Assembly: GCA_041743755.1 (NCBI GenBank)
Contig: JBGTMB010000152.1
Location: 13,379-77,378 of the forward strand
Reading direction: 5' to 3'
DNA length: 64,000 nt
Source: Nitrospiraceae bacterium
GTDB taxonomy: Bacteria > Nitrospirota > Nitrospiria > Nitrospirales > Nitrospiraceae
In this document: one piece after another, positions 47,500 to 54,222 of the stretch
How the letters are laid out: each line of letters opens with the position of its first letter
Position numbering within the stretch: the first letter of the stretch is position 1
Made by a program: the position numbers and the translations under genes
Notes under the pieces: generated by a model
Told to the model about the DNA's origin: nothing
The model's database searches: none
What the model saw: only the letters and a program-made list of their open reading frames with translations

Positions 47500-48093
47500 A
47501 TGGCCGAAGAAGACCATGCCATTAGCGCAGAAGTTCTGCAGCAAGTTATTGCGGCACTCTCGAAGGCGGAACCCACTAGCCGCTCAAAAATTCTTCAGAC
47601 CGCTGCGACTTTCTTCGAAATCAGACCAGTTGTCGTCTCCAGTGCTTCTTCTCTTTCGCAACAATCCAAACCTTCCGGAGAATTCTCAGAAGACCGCTCA
47701 ATATCTCCCAAAGTTTTCATCCATGACAAGGCTCCACAAACAGACATTGAGAGAGTAACCTGTTTAGCCTACTATCTTACTCACTATAGAGCGACCCCCC
47801 ATTTCAAGACCCTAGACATAAGCAAGCTAAATACAGACGCAGCACAGGTGAAGTTTTCGAATGCTGCTTGGTCTGTAGAAAATGCTGCCAAGAAAGGACT
47901 CCTCGTCCCCGCCCCTCAGGGCCATAAACAAATTAGCTCTTTTGGAGAGAAATTTGTTCTTGCCCTACCAAATCGAGATGCTGCAAAGGGGGTACTAGCC
48001 AACATTCGCAAGAAGCGGCCAACGAAGAAAGCGGACAGTTCAAATGGCCCTGAAATTTCCACCGAAGAATCCATTGAGGATTCTCTCATCTAA
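47500..48093 (+). CDS. Hypothetical protein (orphan; first gene of AT-rich three-gene cassette)
   Basis: 197 aa, ATG preceded by GAAAGGA. It has an N-terminal helical segment, a Ser-rich linker (VVSSASSLSQQSKPS) and a C-terminal part with a possible winged-helix pattern (KKGLLVPAPQGHKQISSFGEKFVLAL). A basic then acidic tail follows. I do not recognise a family. Spot G+C counts are lower than in the flanks. Confidence 0.7.
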   Translation: MAEEDHAISAEVLQQVIAALSKAEPTSRSKILQTAATFFEIRPVVVSSASSLSQQSKPSGEFSEDRSISPKVFIHDKAPQTDIERVTCLAYYLTHYRATPHFKTLDISKLNTDAAQVKFSNAAWSVENAAKKGLLVPAPQGHKQISSFGEKFVLALPNRDAAKGVLANIRKKRPTKKADSSNGPEISTEESIEDSLI

Positions 48094-48102
48094 AGAAATC
48101 AT

Positions 48103-49098
48103 ATGACTCGACACGCAAAACGCATCGTTATCTACAATCACAAGGGTGGGGTTGGGAAAACCACACTGACTGTAAATATTGCTGCTGCATTTGTCTCTCT
48201 TGGAAAGAGAGTACTTTTGGTCGACTCAGATCCCCAATGCAACCTGACGGCTTATTCGATCGAGAGCAATGTTGTCGATGACCTCTTGGACACATCAGAT
48301 GACGAGAAAAAAGGCCGAACAGTATGGTCGGCGTTAAAGCCTATATCTGAGGGAACAGGGAACGTTAAAACTATCCGGCCCTACGAGTTGTCATCTAACT
48401 TATTTCTACTTCCTGGCGATATTAGGCTATCGGAATTCGAAATGTCTCTTACATCGCTTTGGAGCGAATGTGTCCAACGACGAATTAGAGGTTTTCGTGG
48501 AGTTACAGCACTTAGCTCACTGGTCAGCGATATCGCAAGAAGCCAAGATATAGACTACATATTTTATGATGCAGGGCCCAATATTGGGCCACTGAATAAG
48601 GTTATTCTTCTCGATTGCGACGAATTGATTGTGCCTGCAGCGTGCGATCTATTCTCAGTGAGAGCATTGAAAACGCTTGGCCACACTATGTCCGAATGGA
48701 TAAAGGAATGGGAAATTATTGAAACTCTTGCCCCTGACGATCTCTACCTATTCAATGGCAAACCAAGATTCCTAGGTTATATACCTCAGCGCTTCAGAGT
48801 TTATCGGGGCGAACCATCTGCTGCCTACACATCCTATTTGTCAAAATTGGAGAAGAATGTCGAAAGTGAAATTATCGCAGTACTGCGAAAAATTGATACT
48901 ACTCTGGCCCCAAGGAGCGTATCTGAAACGATGCTAGGGCAGATCCAGGACTTTGGAGCGCTTGCCAATGCGGCTCAAAATGAGGGCGTTCCCTTATGGA
49001 AGGTGCGTGGAGCTGGAAGCAAGGAACTGAAAGAATCTGCGAGGCAAACATTTCTCGCCCTATCAAAACAAATCATTAAGCGGGCGCAGTCCGTGTAA
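48103..49098 (+). CDS. ParA/MinD-like P-loop ATPase (deviant Walker A)
   Basis: 331 aa. It has IVIYNHKGGVGKTTLTVNIAAAF (the KGGxGKT deviant Walker A with signature Lys), LLVDSDPQCNLT (A') and IDYIFYDAGPN (Walker B-like). It starts 9 nt after the preceding stop. Confidence 0.85.
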   Translation: MTRHAKRIVIYNHKGGVGKTTLTVNIAAAFVSLGKRVLLVDSDPQCNLTAYSIESNVVDDLLDTSDDEKKGRTVWSALKPISEGTGNVKTIRPYELSSNLFLLPGDIRLSEFEMSLTSLWSECVQRRIRGFRGVTALSSLVSDIARSQDIDYIFYDAGPNIGPLNKVILLDCDELIVPAACDLFSVRALKTLGHTMSEWIKEWEIIETLAPDDLYLFNGKPRFLGYIPQRFRVYRGEPSAAYTSYLSKLEKNVESEIIAVLRKIDTTLAPRSVSETMLGQIQDFGALANAAQNEGVPLWKVRGAGSKELKESARQTFLALSKQIIKRAQSV

Positions 49099-49102
49099 CC
49101 TA

Positions 49103-49897
49103 ATGAACCGCAAGATTTCCAAAATGGAGGCTGACAGAATCGACGGACTCGTTGCCTTTTATCGAGAGAACCTAGAGCAGTTTAAACGCTTCATGGGATC
49201 CGTGCAGTCTCTTTTCAGTAATGTTGAAGCCTTGACACCCTATGTTCATTCAACAAAATGGCGAATCAAGGATCCTGAGCACTTAAAAGACAAATTGAAA
49301 AGACGGGCCATCCAATGCAAAGAGAACAACGAGAAATTTGAGGTTACAAAAGAGAACCTTTTTGAGAAAGTGACCGATCTCGTCGGTTATCGAATTCTCC
49401 ATCTTCATACAACACAAATTAACAAAATCAACAAAGTCATTTTGGATCTACTCGTGAAAGATGATTATGTCTTAATCGAAGGCCCTATCGCTCGAACATG
49501 GGACAGCGAATCAGAGACTTACTTCAAGAGCATTGGCATCGAGACAAGGGATACCGGAAGAATGTACACGAGTGTTCATTATCTTTTTAAAGCTAATAAA
49601 CGGGCGCTACCCACTTGCGAGCTGCAGGTTAGAACACTTGCAGAGGAGGTGTGGGGAGAAGTAGATCACATGATAAATTACCCTCACCCGTCACACATTA
49701 CTGCGTGCAGAGAGCAAATAAAAGTCCTCGCGCGGGTAACATCAAGCTGCAGCAGATTAGTTGACTCCATTTTTCAATCCTATAATGAGAGTTGCATTCA
49801 GCTACCCATTCAAGAAAAAATAAGGCGCACAAACCCAAACAAGTCTGCCAAGGACAACCGAGCAGTGAAACGTAGTAGGACAAAGCGAAAAAGTTAG
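49103..49897 (+). CDS. Stand-alone RelA/SpoT-homolog synthetase-domain protein (small alarmone synthetase-like nucleotidyltransferase)
   Basis: 264 aa with the RSH synthetase motifs WRIKDPEHLKDKLKRR, VTDLVGYRILHLH, MYTSVHYLF and ELQVRTLAEEVWGEVDH. There is no HD hydrolase domain. The C-terminal tail KSAKDNRAVKRSRTKRKS is Lys/Arg-rich. It starts 4 nt after the ParA-like stop. Confidence 0.85.
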   Translation: MNRKISKMEADRIDGLVAFYRENLEQFKRFMGSVQSLFSNVEALTPYVHSTKWRIKDPEHLKDKLKRRAIQCKENNEKFEVTKENLFEKVTDLVGYRILHLHTTQINKINKVILDLLVKDDYVLIEGPIARTWDSESETYFKSIGIETRDTGRMYTSVHYLFKANKRALPTCELQVRTLAEEVWGEVDHMINYPHPSHITACREQIKVLARVTSSCSRLVDSIFQSYNESCIQLPIQEKIRRTNPNKSAKDNRAVKRSRTKRKS

Positions 49898-50351
49898 AGG
49901 TCTCAGAAGCCCTTCAAGTTCTCCGCTGAGCGGATGCAATCGAAGGGGTGGGCAGAAATGAAGACAAAACAATGGTGTCAGCAGTCTTTCCAATTGCTCT
50001 ATTTGAAGACTTCTCCGACAACCCTCCTTCGCGCAACGGGACTAAACGGCTAATCCATCCACAGCACTAACCCGTCACGCATCCCACGCCTTACCCCTAA
50101 CGCCTCACTTTCACTGACATCAGTTTGACTTCTGACTATGAGAAGGCGCAACATGGCGTCCATTATTCATAAAATACAGAGGTGTATGGTGCCCTCTTGC
50201 TAGTCTCGCCCAATCCAGCTATACAGAATCGATCAAGAATCGAATCGCACCCTCTTGGCAGACTTCGCCATGAGGACGTTGTTGTTTGTGCAACAGTAAC
50301 ACCCATCGACATGATGTCCTGGGTCTTAACCTCATCGAAATGGAGACTGAG

Positions 50352-50576
50352 ATGAAACGACTGGCAACCCTATCGGCCGGACTGATCCTGGGATCGCCCT
50401 CCCTCGCATTGGCGGCGGAACATAGTGCGGGGTACCGGGGTATCGGGCAACTCTACTTCTTCTTCATGGGCGCGATTTTAATCTATGGCGTCTATGACAG
50501 CTTCGGCAAGAAGGCGATGTATGTGATGGCGCCGATCATTGTGATCGGGCTCTATCTGATGTTGCCCGCGGAGTAG
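50352..50576 (+). CDS. Small membrane protein, unknown function
   Basis: From the ORF 50286..50576. The likely start is the ATG at 50352, preceded by GGAG with a 6-nt spacer. MKRLATLSAGLILGSPSLALAAE looks like a signal peptide and is followed by two hydrophobic segments. An intrinsic terminator follows the gene. Confidence 0.45.
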   Translation: MKRLATLSAGLILGSPSLALAAEHSAGYRGIGQLYFFFMGAILIYGVYDSFGKKAMYVMAPIIVIGLYLMLPAE

Positions 50577-50599
50577 ATACCGAGATCAGGATAGGATCC

Positions 50600-50635
50600 A
50601 AAAGACTGGCTCGGCTTAGTCGAGCCAGTCTTTTT
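50600..50635. terminator. Bidirectional intrinsic terminator shared by convergent genes
   Basis: Perfect 14-bp arms AAAAGACTGGCTCG (50600-50613) and CGAGCCAGTCTTTT (50621-50634) flank a 7-nt loop containing the top6A stop codon. A T-run lies on the plus side and an A-run on the other side. Confidence 0.65.
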
Positions 50636-51722
50636 CTTTGAGTTTCCGTGGAAGATATTTTTTCGTGAGGTACTGGAAGTCTTTGTTGGCAAGGGCGTCT
50701 AGTTCGTACTTGAGTCCGCTCGCGAGCATCCGCTTGATCTCAACCTGCCAGGCCGGCTTCTGGAACCACTGATAGTTGAGGAGTTCCTTTGCGCGGGCGA
50801 TGTCCTTCTCGTTCAATTTGATCCCGACGTTACGCGGAAGTTCGTATCGTTCAGGGTCAGCGCTGGAAAGACCGATGAACTTGGCTTTGGGAATCGCCAT
50901 CCGCTGGCTCTCAAAGGCCAGATTAATTGAGCCTTGCTTCACAACGGAATAGATATAGTACCCCCAGGGATCGTTATCGACCAGGACATAGACTGGAAGT
51001 CTATATTCCTCGTGTAATCGCCTGGCCAAGCGGCGCACCCCACGAGGCGGTTGCCCATTGCCCGTCAATAGCACACAGTTATATCGGCGCCAGAATTTAT
51101 CTTCCGAGAGGCGATTCCACTGCGTGCCTTTCTCCACCAACAGTACAAAGTCAGCCGTACAGCGGCGGATCTCCACATATTCGGGCTCGACAATCGACGG
51201 AACCGAGTACCCGCCTTTTCCCAGCTTGGCGCAATCCACACGATCGCCATCGTCACCCAGCACGAGCGGGCCGACGACACTTCCTCCATTTTCTGCGCGT
51301 ACATGTAATTCCTCACGAAGCGCCACGAGCGACACTTCCAGATCTTCGATAATCGGGTCCGATTCGTCCTGGGTGTCGAAGGTATTCTCGTGCGAGTCCT
51401 GAATGGTGTGTTTCGTCCGGTAATAAATCTCTCTGAGCGACGTCGTCAACTCCGCGCGCTGCAATTCGGAGAGGGCATCCGCGACCAACATCGTCTGCAT
51501 GAACTTCTTGGCCATGCCGACGTTGAAAAATGAACGGGCCTGTTTCTTGCTCCCCATTTCGAGCAAACCCTTGCGCGCATTAAAGGCCACGTTCGAGAGC
51601 GCGCGAATCGGGATGGCCATCGTCGGATCTTTTTCACGCTGCGCGGACGCGATCACCATATCGGCCAGCCCGACTAATTTCTTTTCAACAACCCCGTTCT
51701 TTGTGATTTTTGTTTTTGCCAT
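50616..51722 (-). CDS. top6A: DNA topoisomerase VI subunit A (Spo11-like)
   Basis: 368 aa. The catalytic-Tyr context is LREIYYRTKH. The Toprim motifs are LLVEKGT (Glu) and LVDNDPWGYYIY (DxD). Confidence 0.9.
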   Translation of the reverse strand: MAKTKITKNGVVEKKLVGLADMVIASAQREKDPTMAIPIRALSNVAFNARKGLLEMGSKKQARSFFNVGMAKKFMQTMLVADALSELQRAELTTSLREIYYRTKHTIQDSHENTFDTQDESDPIIEDLEVSLVALREELHVRAENGGSVVGPLVLGDDGDRVDCAKLGKGGYSVPSIVEPEYVEIRRCTADFVLLVEKGTQWNRLSEDKFWRRYNCVLLTGNGQPPRGVRRLARRLHEEYRLPVYVLVDNDPWGYYIYSVVKQGSINLAFESQRMAIPKAKFIGLSSADPERYELPRNVGIKLNEKDIARAKELLNYQWFQKPAWQVEIKRMLASGLKYELDALANKDFQYLTKKYLPRKLKEKDWLD

Positions 51723-51730
51723 GCGTCGTC

Positions 51731-53740
51731 CTACTTTTTCTTCCTTGCCAGGGGGACCTTGCGACCGGTACGAACTGCACCTGTCTGTTGCTGTGCCAGC
51801 GCACCATTTTTACGAGTCGATCCGACGGTTGCGACCATGCTTGGCCTTTTCTTCTCAGACTGTGTCTTTGCAGTGTGTCGTGGGTTAGGTGTAGGGGAAG
51901 CCGGCTGCTCCTCGATTGCTATGTCATCGGAAACAGGAGCCGCCAGTGGAGCCTCTCCTTCGATACCTTCCGCTGTGACAATAATGGAATGCGGTAGGCC
52001 CTCCGGCCCGGCGCCGGTCTTGCCGAGCGTTTCATCCGTCTTCATGCCACCGGTTCGTGAAGAAGCAATCTTCTGCAGTTGCGCTTTCAATTTTTCGACG
52101 GACAGCTTCCCACCCTTTAACCTGTTACAGGCTTCGGCGACTTCTTCGATATAGAGTTCGAAAATATTGCGCCGCCGAAATTCGCTCGCTGCTCGCTCGC
52201 GACGTCGCAGAAAAAGTCCAAGCCGCCGCCCACACTCGCGAAGCGCGAGGGTAATCTCTTTATGGATCTCGTCGTACTCCGCGATCGCCTCTTTCGATTC
52301 GCTTGTAAAGGGCACCCAGACGGAAGCAATGTGCACGAAGATAGCCATCGGACCTGCGGGAAGAGCCCCGCGTGATTGGCTCATTCCATAATTGCGCCAG
52401 GTTGTCGCCAGCACCGCCTTGAAAATAGCGCAAGCAGACTGCTGGTAGAGCAGCGGCACCCGGTTGGCATAGCGAATCACGCGCGCGAGTTCTGAATCTC
52501 CTTCTTCCTGCTCCCCTTCTGCCAACGGCATCGCCGGCCTCTCAGGCTTAGCCTCGCTATCCGGAGCTTTGCCAAAGGACAGTCCTGCTTCAATAATGAA
52601 GGGGTTGCCGCGATAGACGGAGGGAGGCCGGCTCACCGCCGTATAGAATTCTCCTTTGATCTGTTTATATAGACCTGAGAGGATGGCCTTTTCGCCGATC
52701 GGGGAGAGGCAATTGGTCGGCGGCGCCATGATCTTTGTCGCTTGAATCGTGCGATAGAGCGTTTCGGCTGTCGCACCGCGAATGTCGCGAGGCTTCGCGC
52801 TGGGCGAAACCTTCGCCATCTTACACATCTCATCCGCGAGCGGAGGCGTCACCCGGCAGAAATCGCTCGACAGAAATCCCGAAAGGGTCTGGCTCTTGGC
52901 CTCATGGAGCATCTTGAGGAACATCCCGAATTCGATACCGTAGGGATGAGGTTTGATTTCCTTCGGCGATGGCGGCAATTCATGATAGGCGCGAGGATAT
53001 TCCTTCGTCTCCCCATCCGGCGATCGATAGATGAGCTTCACATGAGCGTTGGCAATTGACGTCTGCTCGAGATACTCATCCACCGACGCGCGACCCTTCT
53101 GGTAACGGCCTTCGACTTCAATCGCCACCTGTGTGCCACGCGGCTGGTCCCATTCGATCTGTTTGTTCTCATGGACCAGGGGTTCGTTCTTCTTGGTATC
53201 GATCTGCACCTCGAAATAATGGGCCGACGCCTTGGGGCCGATACGCGAAATAATCTTCACCGGTTTGCCGGTCGTCAGTTGACCATACATCCCTGCCGCC
53301 GAAATGCCTATCCCCTGCTGACCGCGACTCATGCGCAAGCGATGGAACTTGGAGCCGTATAACAGTTTTGCAAAGATTTTCGGAATCTGCTGGCGGACGA
53401 TCCCGGGGCCATTATCTGTGACCGTCACTCGGAAGCGCGTGGCCTGACTTGCAGAGAGCTTTGCTGCCGATCCAATAGCCACAACTTCCAGCTGAACTGT
53501 CACCTCAGGAAGAATCCCAGCTTCCTCACAGGCATCCAGGGCGTTATCGACCGCTTCTTTGACGCAAGTCAGCAACGCTTTGCGTGGGTTGTCAAAACCG
53601 AGTAAATGCCGATTCTTGGTGAAGAATTCGGAGACGGAAATCTCGCGCTGCCGCGCGCCCATTTCTACCGCCGTCACTGCCGTAGCTGCACGGGGGGTTG
53701 TATTCTTGGACACGGATGCAAGTGACTTATGCGTGCTCAT
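51731..53740 (-). CDS. top6B: DNA topoisomerase VI subunit B (GHKL ATPase)
   Basis: 669 aa. ISVSEFFTKNRHLLGFDNPRKALLTCVKEAVDNALDACEE is a Bergerat-fold N box. DNGPGI is the G1 box, followed by GQQGIG. It lies 8 nt upstream of top6A and has a ~100-aa low-complexity basic C-terminal tail. Confidence 0.9.
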   Translation of the reverse strand: MSTHKSLASVSKNTTPRAATAVTAVEMGARQREISVSEFFTKNRHLLGFDNPRKALLTCVKEAVDNALDACEEAGILPEVTVQLEVVAIGSAAKLSASQATRFRVTVTDNGPGIVRQQIPKIFAKLLYGSKFHRLRMSRGQQGIGISAAGMYGQLTTGKPVKIISRIGPKASAHYFEVQIDTKKNEPLVHENKQIEWDQPRGTQVAIEVEGRYQKGRASVDEYLEQTSIANAHVKLIYRSPDGETKEYPRAYHELPPSPKEIKPHPYGIEFGMFLKMLHEAKSQTLSGFLSSDFCRVTPPLADEMCKMAKVSPSAKPRDIRGATAETLYRTIQATKIMAPPTNCLSPIGEKAILSGLYKQIKGEFYTAVSRPPSVYRGNPFIIEAGLSFGKAPDSEAKPERPAMPLAEGEQEEGDSELARVIRYANRVPLLYQQSACAIFKAVLATTWRNYGMSQSRGALPAGPMAIFVHIASVWVPFTSESKEAIAEYDEIHKEITLALRECGRRLGLFLRRRERAASEFRRRNIFELYIEEVAEACNRLKGGKLSVEKLKAQLQKIASSRTGGMKTDETLGKTGAGPEGLPHSIIVTAEGIEGEAPLAAPVSDDIAIEEQPASPTPNPRHTAKTQSEKKRPSMVATVGSTRKNGALAQQQTGAVRTGRKVPLARKKK

Positions 53741-54222
53741 TCATCTTCTCCAGTCAGGCGACGACACCGGACAGCTTCAGCATATCATCAATGCCATCTC
53801 GAACGATGGAGATGACACAGCGAACCTCTTCACGGTTGTGAGAGGAGCGGAACGGCACATGGCGGGGTGGTGAAACGGGGAAAACCGCCAACCGGAATGA
53901 GCGGGCAATTAGGGTGGGAGGAGCGCGCACCTACCGAGGACAGCATAGGTACGACGGAGATCTTGGCAGGACTTTAGGCTTCCCGGTCAAGCCGGGCTTG
54001 CACACCATCCCGACGCTCGATCCCCTTATGAACCATATTCCCTCGGGGCGTTAAGCTCCCCCCACAGAGATACGATATTCTTCCGATGCGAGCGAGTCAA
54101 GGATTGACTCACTATGCATGGCCGTAGTCTTCTCCCTCTTCAGAGTCATCGATGAGCTGTTCGAGCTCATGACGTTTGACTGAGCCGAATTTTTTACACG
54201 AGATCCCGAATGGAGAACCCCA

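Noticed and set aside
53850-54010. Possible RNase P RNA, SRP RNA or riboswitch. The segments GGGTGGGAGGAGCGCGCACC and GAAAACCGCCAACCGG loosely resemble the E. coli M1 RNA regions GGGUGAAAGGGUGCGGUAAGAGCGCACC and CAAACCGCCGAUGG.
   Set aside because: The universally conserved P4 elements (GAGGAAAGUCCGGGC and ACAGAACCCGGCUUA) are not present on the same strand. The only AAAGUCC-like string is on the opposite strand. I found no SRP domain IV motif and no B12 or TPP boxes. The similarity is too short and strand-inconsistent, so I kept the region only as an unexplained long spacer.
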